Part shown: positions 1-7,257 of the stretch, piece by piece | Numbering within the stretch: position 1 is the stretch's first letter | Layout of the letters: every line of letters begins with the position of its first letter | Assembly: GCA_021740045.1 (NCBI GenBank) | Contig: JAIPAP010000005.1 | Location: forward strand, 1-56,865 | Origin: Bacteroidales bacterium | Lineage (GTDB): Bacteria; Bacteroidota; Bacteroidia; Bacteroidales; JAIPAP01 | Reading direction: 5' to 3' | Length of the DNA: 56,865 bases | The notes under the pieces: generated by a model | Databases searched by the model: none | What the model saw: only the letters and a program-made list of their open reading frames with translations | What the model was told of the DNA's origin: nothing | Translations under genes and position numbers: made by a program

Positions 1-451
1 TAAAAACAGCCGCATCATATGTTTTGCCGTATTGATTCCAGTTTCTCCAGGAGAGCAGGCGCCGGTCATCATATTTTAATTCCTGCCGTCCCACCTTAAT
101 GCTGGAATGAGTTCCGGTTTTCACATCCACCCAGGCTTCATAAATATCAAAACCGCTTGAGCTGCCCCAAACACCGGCGCCGGAGTAAATATCCTCGCCA
201 CCCCAGGCTCTTACATCCTGAAGGGTCAGTTTGGCATCATATTTATCCGATTTGTAATTGGCAGTTAACCGGCTACGCTGGCTCACGTAATACTGTACAT
301 CATTCCCCTCAACGGGGATGTACTTATAACCGTTGTTAGCCTCACCGCGGGTGCGGAATTCACCGGTTAGTGAAAATTGGGCTTGTGCATAGCCTGCCAT
401 CAAAAAGAGAGCTAGCACACTAATCATTACTTTTATATTCTTTTTCTTCAT
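1..451 (-). CDS. Outer-membrane beta-barrel porin, alginate-export (AlgE-like) family; start complete, 3' end runs off the left edge of the window
   Basis: Not in the ORF track because it has no stop inside the window. My translation of the minus strand from ATG at 451 gives MKKKNIKVMISVLALFLMAGYAQAQ FSLTGEFRTRGEANNGYKYIPVEGNDVQYYVSQRSRLTANYKSDKYDAKLTLQDVRAWGGEDIYS...IKVGRQELKYDDRRLLSWRNWNQYGKTYDAAVF. It has a signal peptide and the GRQxLxYxxxRLLxxxxWxN...YD signature I associate with alginate-export-type porins. It lies 69 bp downstream of the rhodanese gene on the same strand. Confidence 0.7.
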   Translation of the reverse strand, partial: MKKKNIKVMISVLALFLMAGYAQAQFSLTGEFRTRGEANNGYKYIPVEGNDVQYYVSQRSRLTANYKSDKYDAKLTLQDVRAWGGEDIYSGAGVWGSSSGFDIYEAWVDVKTGTHSSIKVGRQELKYDDRRLLSWRNWNQYGKTYDAAVF

Positions 452-520
452 ATCCACTGATTTACGTTATCATTTAAATATGCTTATAATTTCATATTTC
501 ATCGCAAAAAAAGCAACACC

Positions 521-1618
521 TTAACAACCGCCGGCTACTTCAATAGTTTCGGCCTGCTTTTCGGCGCCTTCTTTTTTCACTGCGGTTGAAGTGCTCACCT
601 CATAGTCATGAATTTTTTTGGGCGAAAAGGCATGCCATTTCTTGGCTCCTCGCTCGCGCATTAAACCGTTCATAAAGCTGTTGGCACCATATACCAGCGA
701 TTTGGCATCATACCCTATCATGTTCAAATAGGCCGTAACAAAAGCACTATGTTGACCTGTAAAGCAATATGGCACCACTGTTTCGTCTATAGGCAGGGTA
801 TTCAGGTAAGTAGAGCGTCCCAATGATTTTTTCGGATCGTACTGAATAGCGCCTGGAATATGGCCTTTTTCATATTTAGCTTTGGGCCAGTAGTTTACAA
901 TGTAATAGTTGTCGCCGTTTTGGAAAAGTTCATCAGCTTTTACAGTGAAAGGCTTGAAACCTTTGCTAAGCAATTCCTGGGCACGCTCACGCAGGATTTC
1001 CATGCCCATTTCCTTGCCGGTATTGAGCTTGGGATAAGACGTAGGAGATGCTTTTTCAATGGCCTTGGTTTCCAGTTGATCGGCGTATTTATTGGAAATT
1101 TTCTTCAGCCATTTTTTCTCGGCTGTTTTCCTGTCCCAGGAGCTCATGCCCCACTTCATATCGTAAACATTATCATAGCCCAGCAAACGAAGGATAGATG
1201 TGGCAAATCCCGCCGATTGCCCGCTATAGCAAACCATTACAATGTGGCTGTAGCTGTTGGGATTGATTTCATTCTCAAAATAATCGATCAATTTGTTCAT
1301 GCCTACATTTACCGCGCCTTTAATGTGGCCGGCCGTATAGTCTTTTGATTTACGGATATCGATAATGTGAATATTGGCATCCAGATTCTTATGCACTTCC
1401 GAGGAAGCTATCATACTCGGAACTTTGGGGCTGTTGATAAAATCCCCGGTTTCCTCAATGTAGGTTAAAAGCTCGTCGAATTCATCAACAGTGCTTTTTA
1501 CCTGTTCTTGCTTTTCAGCTTGTTTTGATTCTTCACCCTGGTCATCGCAACTGGTTATTACCAGAAATACCGGTAGCATTAACAAAGCTACCCACAATTT
1601 TGCTCGTTTCATATACAC
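521..1618 (-). CDS. Lipoprotein with two tandem rhodanese (sulfurtransferase) domains and a C-terminal ...AETIEVAGGC tail
   Basis: 365-aa ORF. Signal peptide with lipobox LVITS-C. Two rhodanese active-site loops retain Cys (VMVCYSGQSAG and VPYCFTGQHSA). Cys is the last residue. The start could be Met3 (1612). Confidence 0.85.
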   Translation of the reverse strand: MYMKRAKLWVALLMLPVFLVITSCDDQGEESKQAEKQEQVKSTVDEFDELLTYIEETGDFINSPKVPSMIASSEVHKNLDANIHIIDIRKSKDYTAGHIKGAVNVGMNKLIDYFENEINPNSYSHIVMVCYSGQSAGFATSILRLLGYDNVYDMKWGMSSWDRKTAEKKWLKKISNKYADQLETKAIEKASPTSYPKLNTGKEMGMEILRERAQELLSKGFKPFTVKADELFQNGDNYYIVNYWPKAKYEKGHIPGAIQYDPKKSLGRSTYLNTLPIDETVVPYCFTGQHSAFVTAYLNMIGYDAKSLVYGANSFMNGLMRERGAKKWHAFSPKKIHDYEVSTSTAVKKEGAEKQAETIEVAGGC

Positions 1619-1683
1619 TAAAGGTTTAAAAGTTGAAAATTATTTATTGATTTCATTTTTTAAATTGATCACCATTTCAAGGC

Positions 1684-2280
1684 TTAGCATCCACCTTCAA
1701 CTTGAATGGTTTCGGTTTGCACCGGCTCGGGCTTGGCCGGAGCTTGTTCCTGTCCGCTGAAATATTTGGTGAAGTCGAATTTCGGTTTTTCCGATTTATA
1801 ATGGCCGTAACTGGGCACATAGTTTTTTAAAACATATTCCTTGGCGTATTCATACCCTCCGTAAAGAAAATGCACATTATCGTAACCCATTTGCTTAAGC
1901 AAAAGCCAGGCATCGGAGGCTTTAACTTCATTTTTGGAATACAGGACATTAATTTTCGTGTCATCCTTAAAAGTAACTTTATGGGATTTGTTGAGCAGCT
2001 CATCAAAAGGTATGTTCACTGCTTGTGGAATATGGGAGCGGCGAAATTCACCGGGACTCCTCAAATCGATAAAGCGATAATCATCCTTTTTGGAGGAGTT
2101 GATAATACCGTACAATTGCTGTAGCGAAACCCCTTCCTCAATTTCTTCTTGGCTTAGACTTCCTGCTGCCTGCTTTGGGTTCAACTTATAGTTATTGGAA
2201 TAGATCTCATTAACGATCAGCGCTACGATCATTACCACCGTAAACACCAATGCCGTGTATTTTAAACTGTTTTCTTTCAT
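1684..2280 (-). CDS. N-terminally membrane-anchored single rhodanese-fold protein lacking the active-site Cys, with a C-terminal ...TETIQVEGGC tail
   Basis: 198-aa ORF. One N-terminal hydrophobic helix (ALVFTVVMIVALIV). Rhodanese-like core (FIDLRSPGEFRRSHIPQAVNIP ... INVLYSKNEVKASDAWLLLKQMGY) with no Cys in the catalytic loop. The only Cys in the whole protein is the terminal residue. Confidence 0.8.
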   Translation of the reverse strand: MKENSLKYTALVFTVVMIVALIVNEIYSNNYKLNPKQAAGSLSQEEIEEGVSLQQLYGIINSSKKDDYRFIDLRSPGEFRRSHIPQAVNIPFDELLNKSHKVTFKDDTKINVLYSKNEVKASDAWLLLKQMGYDNVHFLYGGYEYAKEYVLKNYVPSYGHYKSEKPKFDFTKYFSGQEQAPAKPEPVQTETIQVEGGC

Positions 2281-2298
2281 AATCGTATCAATTTTGAA

Positions 2299-3534
2299 TT
2301 AACAACCACCTTCAACCTGGATAACTTCAAATTTTGGAGCCGACTTATTACCACCGGTTTTCACTTCCCGTTCCATACCACGGAAATATTCACTGGCATT
2401 TTTCCTGAAACGGTAAGTATCCAGAGCCTCTTTATAAAGTGGATTCACCGGCTTTGGTTTATCATCATAATGGAAGATGGTTTCCACCATGTTGTTCAAG
2501 CCTCCTTTTAATACATAGAAGTTCTTATAGCCTAATCGTTTATAGATCATCCAGGCTTTATCAGCCAGCATACCACTGTTTGAATAAAACACCTTGATCA
2601 TCTCCTCGCTTTCATCTTCGGGGTTGAGAAAATCAATCATCTGGCGGTTAGCGATATTTTCAAGGGGTACATTTACCGCTTTTGGCAGGCTGAATTCCCG
2701 GTACTCTTCCGATGGACGCACATCGATCAGCCGGAACTCATCATCACGGTCCATAATTCTAAAGGCCACTTCATCGGGGGTGATGTAATGCTCATCGGAG
2801 TTGAGCTCCGTTAAAAGCTGTTTGGCAGAGATCTCATTGATTCTTGCCTGGCGGTTGGCAGGGATAAAAAGGATGATCACACCCAAAGCCACCAGAACAA
2901 ATGCAGCCATGCCTGTCTTGGCCTGCCGGTTGCCGGTAACATCAAGCTTAAGCTTATTCATGCGGTTTTTCTCAATATACTCACCAATTCCAAAAGCCAG
3001 TAAAGCAATAATGATCAACAGCAAGGCAAAAAATCCCCTGGAAATTCCCAGTGAATCATAAACCTTTATCCCGCCAAAGGCACTGCTTTTGTAAAAGCTC
3101 TCTATCGCCGGATAACTTTCGCCCCAGATAAACACACCCAGCAATATACCAGCGATAAATACCATAGCATCGATGCGGCCAATGGTGGCTGCGGTAATAC
3201 TGGTTCCCGGGCAAAATCCGCCGAGCAGAAAACCCACACCCATGATCGCACCGCCAACAATAGCCGGCCACAGGAATGTAGGATTTACATAAAGGAAAGA
3301 GGCATCGACCCATCCAAAGTAATCGAAAAAGATGATCCCGATCATGGCTGTGATGGCAGCGGTAAAAAATACCTTTAACACCACCAGGTCGTAACCGTAA
3401 AAGACACCCACCAGTTTACGGGATGAAGAAAAGCCGGCCTGCTCCAGGATATATCCGAAGAAAAATCCCAGCACAATGGCAATTATATAGTTGAATTCAC
3501 TTCCTATTATTTCAAAAGGTACTAAGGGTCCCAT
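2299..3534 (-). CDS. YeeE/YedE-family (sulfur-transport domain) membrane protein fused to a rhodanese-like domain, with a C-terminal ...FEVIQVEGGC tail
   Basis: 411-aa ORF. The N-terminal ~230 aa are polytopic and Gly-rich with the GGFCPGTS motif typical of YeeE/YedE repeats. A further TM helix follows. The rhodanese-like module (LIDVRPSEEYREFSLPKAVNVP ... IKVFYSNSGMLADKAWMIYKRLGY) has no catalytic Cys. Cys is the last residue. Confidence 0.85.
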   Translation of the reverse strand: MGPLVPFEIIGSEFNYIIAIVLGFFFGYILEQAGFSSSRKLVGVFYGYDLVVLKVFFTAAITAMIGIIFFDYFGWVDASFLYVNPTFLWPAIVGGAIMGVGFLLGGFCPGTSITAATIGRIDAMVFIAGILLGVFIWGESYPAIESFYKSSAFGGIKVYDSLGISRGFFALLLIIIALLAFGIGEYIEKNRMNKLKLDVTGNRQAKTGMAAFVLVALGVIILFIPANRQARINEISAKQLLTELNSDEHYITPDEVAFRIMDRDDEFRLIDVRPSEEYREFSLPKAVNVPLENIANRQMIDFLNPEDESEEMIKVFYSNSGMLADKAWMIYKRLGYKNFYVLKGGLNNMVETIFHYDDKPKPVNPLYKEALDTYRFRKNASEYFRGMEREVKTGGNKSAPKFEVIQVEGGC

Positions 3535-3552
3535 AGTTAATACATTTAATGG

Positions 3553-4071
3553 TTATATCCAGAATTTTCGCATAAAATAGGCCACCAGGAAACCGGTTCC
3601 AAAAATGGCCATCATTGTTATAAAACCGGCCGATGAAAGCACAGCCATTCCACTCAAGGCTGCTCCACTGGTACAGCCTCGGCCAAGTTGTGAGCCTATA
3701 CCAAAAAGTACTCCGCCCGATAAAGCAATCAAAATTCGACCACCGGCGCTGAGGCGCGGTCCGCGTTCAATTTTAAACTTCAAGCGGTCGCTAACGGCTC
3801 CTGAAAAGAAAGAACCCACAACCACGCCCAACGCCAGGAACACCAGCCATGACTTCATCGGTCCAAACTCTCCCCCCAGGTATTGGGAATAAAAAGCGGA
3901 AGATTCGGCATGTTCGGGATTAACGGCATTCACAATACTTACCACTACATTCTTTAAAGCTCCGCTGGCACCCAGCCCACGACCGGACAGGTAAAACGCC
4001 GCCAGCAATACCAGGCCAAGGAAAAACCCGGCCAGGTAAGGATTCATATGCTTAACTGTTTTCTTCTCCAT
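3553..4071 (-). CDS. YeeE/YedE-family sulfur-transport membrane protein, half-size form
   Basis: 172-aa ORF with about 4 hydrophobic Gly-rich helices and the motif QLGRGCTSGA. It sits 19 bp from the other YeeE-type gene, so together they form a split transporter. Confidence 0.85.
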   Translation of the reverse strand: MEKKTVKHMNPYLAGFFLGLVLLAAFYLSGRGLGASGALKNVVVSIVNAVNPEHAESSAFYSQYLGGEFGPMKSWLVFLALGVVVGSFFSGAVSDRLKFKIERGPRLSAGGRILIALSGGVLFGIGSQLGRGCTSGAALSGMAVLSSAGFITMMAIFGTGFLVAYFMRKFWI

Positions 4072-4083
4072 AACACTATTTTT

Positions 4084-4746
4084 TTATACGGGTATATCGT
4101 GTTTACGAACTTCTTCTTCAGCCTCTTCATCTGCATCTTCTTCCTCAATCTCCTCATAACCGGTTATCATCGCCTTAAGGTTTGAAGTAACGGTATGACC
4201 GGTTGTGATGAGGTATAGATGGACAATTACAAACACTACTAACAAGAAAGCTCCCAGGGTATGCACCAGGGCAATGTTCTCAAGGCCTGAAATATTAATG
4301 GTTTCGATATCTCCGCTTTGCGGATAGCGATAAAACATGTAAAACAATCCGGAAACCACCATTACCGGGATCACCAGGACCTTCAATCCCAAATAAACCA
4401 AACGCTGCAAGGGGTTAAGCTTGCTAAGGATAGTCTTTTTGGTGGGATGGGGGGTGTTGCGGAAAATGCCGGTCACATAAAATTCCATCTGGGCTTTCAG
4501 GTTCTTCGCTGTTGGAAGATATTGCTTCCAGGCATTGGTGGTAAGGTGCCAGAAAATGGCAAAAACGATGAGCACGATAAAGGCCCATGCAGCAATATTA
4601 TGCCATTTTACGGCAGCTTCGAAACCAAAGATGTCTAAGGATCCATGGATCTCAAATCCGGTAAATCCAAGGAATAAGATCAGAATGGCTTGTGCCCAAT
4701 GCCAGAAACGTTCGAAACGGTAATATAAATAAACTTGCTTCTTCAT
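4084..4746 (-). CDS. Membrane cytochrome b subunit (hydrogenase/thiosulfate-reductase PhsC-type b-cytochrome family), probable quinol-oxidising anchor
   Basis: 220-aa ORF with 4 TM helices. His residues sit in the helices (RFWHWAQA, VKWHNIAAW, IFWHL, LVHTLG...VHLYL). The C-terminal tail is strongly acidic (EEIEEEDADEEAEEE). It lies 13 bp downstream of the octaheme cytochrome gene. Confidence 0.75.
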   Translation of the reverse strand: MKKQVYLYYRFERFWHWAQAILILFLGFTGFEIHGSLDIFGFEAAVKWHNIAAWAFIVLIVFAIFWHLTTNAWKQYLPTAKNLKAQMEFYVTGIFRNTPHPTKKTILSKLNPLQRLVYLGLKVLVIPVMVVSGLFYMFYRYPQSGDIETINISGLENIALVHTLGAFLLVVFVIVHLYLITTGHTVTSNLKAMITGYEEIEEEDADEEAEEEVRKHDIPV

Positions 4747-4759
4747 AATTCAAAACACA

Positions 4760-6340
4760 TTATTTGTTAGCACTTGCTTTTTTACGGCTGCTAGCCGAAA
4801 CTGCCCGCAGTGTGGCATGTATCACCACCCCGATGAGCGATAAAATGATCAGTATGCTGCCCATAGTATCGAGGGCTGCGTTATAATCGCGGCCGGGCAT
4901 ATAGAAATCCTCCAGCTTAGCCAGTCTGCTATTGCTACGTGTATGGCATTCTTCACATTTTACCGATTGATCGGCCGGAGAAACCATATGACTGAGGGGC
5001 AGGGTCATTTCTGTTGAGATAAAGCCATAATCACCACTATATGGCAAACCAATGTATTCCATTCCTTTTTCAATGGAAAGCGCCCAATTGAAGTCTTTCC
5101 ATAATGCGCCCTGTCCTTTTTCCTCATCCCATAATTTCATCTGTACCAGCCGGTTATACTTTTTATCATAAGGTTGTTTCCCCTTGTGGATCTTCACCGG
5201 CCATATCTTGGCATCTTCATCGCTGTACTTACCTTTTAAGGTATTGATCTGAACGGGAGTTTCATCTATCTCGTCGGATAACAAGTAATGATCGGCAGTG
5301 CCGTTAAACCAGATGTAATCGGGCTTAAGATTTTGCCCCCATTCAAAAGAGCCTTTTATGGAGAGATACTCATGCTGTCCCTCATCGTTATCAATGGAGT
5401 AAGGTTTGCCATCCTCGTCGAGCTTTGTGGCTGTTGACCAGTCCCACCGGGTTTTTGTAGGATTTGCCTTTGCATAACGGGGAATATGGCAGGTTTGACA
5501 AGCAACCTTAATGGTGTGCTCGTTGAGAAGGTTATCTTCATGCGGACGAGCTCCGTGGCAGTTGGTGCAGGTAGCCCTGTTGCGATCCATGGAAGATACA
5601 CCATAATACTTACCTTTCATCTGATGCTTTTCGGTGATGTGGCATTCAACGCAGGCCATGTCGGCGCCATCTTTGGCCATATGCACATCCACGTCTTTTG
5701 TTGTATTTAAGAGAGCTTTATCCAAAGCGCCGTTTTTCACGTTGTTACCCCCGGCGCTGAAAAAGTGGCAAATACCGCAATTTTCCTTTTTCGGGCTGCC
5801 CACGCTTTGGGCAACAAAACCCAAATCGATGCTGGGATAAGGATAACCCGCGGCACCTTTGGCTTTACGGTATGTGCCCGAATTATCATGACACACCAGG
5901 CAGTCGATATTCGACTGATCGTTAAAATCGAAAGATTTATCTTCCCATCCGTAACCAATATGGCAACGTGTACAAGTACCTTCGCTACCGGCAATACCGG
6001 TACAGAAATTATTGATGAGGTTTTTTTTGCCCAGGTAAGTCACTCCTCTTCCTTTAATGTGAGCATCTCTTTCCCAGTTCCAATGAGCATTGCTCATCAC
6101 CTCCTTACCTCTTTCGGTATGACATGATAAGCAAGCTTTGGTAACCTCATGAGCATTGTTAAAATCTTTTTGTAATTCCTCGAATTTGGAGTGGTCAACC
6201 GAAGCATCTTGATACATTGGGTCCTGTTTGCGGGGAACATAGTCGGTTTCATCATCCCCGTTACCTCCCATGCCTGCTATGCCCATAAGGATAAAGGGCG
6301 GCACCAGGAGAATCAGTAATACGGTTATTAGTCTTTTCAT
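4760..6340 (-). CDS. Octaheme c-type cytochrome, tetrathionate-reductase (Otr)-like family, with N-terminal signal/anchor and a C-terminal TM helix
   Basis: 526-aa ORF with exactly eight CxxCH motifs (CLSCH, CTRCH, CLVCH, CGICH, CVECH, CTNCH, CQTCH, CEECH). N-terminal hydrophobic segment. C-terminal helix ILIILSLIGVVIHATL followed by basic residues. The octaheme status is certain. The Otr-family assignment rests on size, motif spacing and context. Confidence 0.85.
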   Translation of the reverse strand: MKRLITVLLILLVPPFILMGIAGMGGNGDDETDYVPRKQDPMYQDASVDHSKFEELQKDFNNAHEVTKACLSCHTERGKEVMSNAHWNWERDAHIKGRGVTYLGKKNLINNFCTGIAGSEGTCTRCHIGYGWEDKSFDFNDQSNIDCLVCHDNSGTYRKAKGAAGYPYPSIDLGFVAQSVGSPKKENCGICHFFSAGGNNVKNGALDKALLNTTKDVDVHMAKDGADMACVECHITEKHQMKGKYYGVSSMDRNRATCTNCHGARPHEDNLLNEHTIKVACQTCHIPRYAKANPTKTRWDWSTATKLDEDGKPYSIDNDEGQHEYLSIKGSFEWGQNLKPDYIWFNGTADHYLLSDEIDETPVQINTLKGKYSDEDAKIWPVKIHKGKQPYDKKYNRLVQMKLWDEEKGQGALWKDFNWALSIEKGMEYIGLPYSGDYGFISTEMTLPLSHMVSPADQSVKCEECHTRSNSRLAKLEDFYMPGRDYNAALDTMGSILIILSLIGVVIHATLRAVSASSRKKASANK

Positions 6341-6398
6341 CTTATCTCATTTTATAAATGACAGTTATACACTGAAATCTATCTTCATATTTCAAGTT

Positions 6399-6406
6399 CA
6401 AAAGTA
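6399..6406 (-). promoter_or_regulatory. Candidate Bacteroidota -7 promoter box (TActTTTG on the minus strand) for the octaheme-cytochrome operon
   Basis: The plus strand reads caaaagta, whose reverse complement TACTTTTG matches TAnnTTTG. It lies 59-66 nt upstream of the ATG at 6340. Confidence 0.3.
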
Positions 6407-6484
6407 TGTTTATTTTTAAATCTGTTGTTTATTGAATAACAATGGATGCATTGGGTTAAAATATGATAATTGCCATGAGAAAAA

Positions 6485-6498
6485 TTGATCCGGATCAG
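6485..6498. promoter_or_regulatory. CRP/FNR-type operator TTGAT-CCGG-ATCAG in the divergent intergenic region
   Basis: The sequence ttgatccggatcag matches the FNR consensus TTGAT-N4-ATCAA at 9 of 10 positions. The inner 12 bp (tgatccggatca) form a perfect palindrome. It lies 53 bp upstream of the regulator ATG (6551) and 145 bp upstream of the cytochrome ATG (6340). Confidence 0.45.
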
Positions 6499-6550
6499 TT
6501 ATTCATATGATAAAATTGTATTTTTATCGTTTAATCTGAAAATTCAATCA

Positions 6551-7246
6551 ATGGCCGAACCTACCCTAACATCTAATTGCCTGGAATGCTCAGAAAACGG
6601 GCATGCCTGTTTAAAAAACCTGGCAACCGATCAGTTAAAAATAGTGGATAAGGCCCGGACGGAAGTTACCTTTAAAAAAGGCGAGATCTTATTTAAACAA
6701 GGTGCTTTTGCATCGCAGATCATGTTTATTCGCAAGGGGCTTGTGAAAATATACCTGGAAAATACATCCCGCGACCTTATTCTTAAAATAGTCCCCGAAG
6801 GTAATTACCTGGGACTTTCATCACTTTTCGGGAAAAATGTTTTTCATTATACGGCCGCAGCGTACGAGCCTACCAGCGTTTGTATGATCGAAAGAGAGAC
6901 CTTTAACCAAATGATACTCGAAAATGCCACCTTTGGTGCCGAGATCATTAAAACCTTGAATGATGAGACCATTCAAAGTTACGATCGTTTATACAGCCTT
7001 ACCCGAAAGCAATTGCATGGCCGGTTGGCTGACATACTTTTATGCTTAGCAAATACCATTTATAAAAATGACAAGTTTAAGATCCCCATATCGCGTAAAG
7101 ACCTTGCCGACCTCACCAGCATGGCAACCGAGAGTGTGATCAGGATACTGAAGGATTTTCGTAACGAAGGGATACTTTCTCTCAGCGGTAAAACCCTTGA
7201 AATTCATGATAAGGACCGTTTACAAAAAATAAGTCGTATTGGATAA
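6551..7246 (+). CDS. Crp/Fnr-family transcriptional regulator with an FNR-like N-terminal Cys cluster
   Basis: The ORF track starts at TTG 6485. I prefer ATG 6551 (MAEPTLTSNCLECSENGHAC...). It has a cNMP-binding-like beta-roll (FKKGEILFKQG...) and a C-terminal HTH (RKDLADLTSMATESVIRILKDF). Cys10, Cys13, Cys20 and Cys111 mirror E. coli FNR Cys20/23/29/122. Confidence 0.85.
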   Translation: MAEPTLTSNCLECSENGHACLKNLATDQLKIVDKARTEVTFKKGEILFKQGAFASQIMFIRKGLVKIYLENTSRDLILKIVPEGNYLGLSSLFGKNVFHYTAAAYEPTSVCMIERETFNQMILENATFGAEIIKTLNDETIQSYDRLYSLTRKQLHGRLADILLCLANTIYKNDKFKIPISRKDLADLTSMATESVIRILKDFRNEGILSLSGKTLEIHDKDRLQKISRIG

Positions 7247-7257
7247 AACTATACACC

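Noticed and set aside
6485-6550. A TTG-initiated N-terminal extension of the Crp/Fnr regulator (MIRISYSYDKIVFLSFNLKIQS).
   Set aside because: The extension starts inside the palindromic operator and is AT-rich with non-protein-like sequence. ATG 6551 gives an FNR-like N-terminus.
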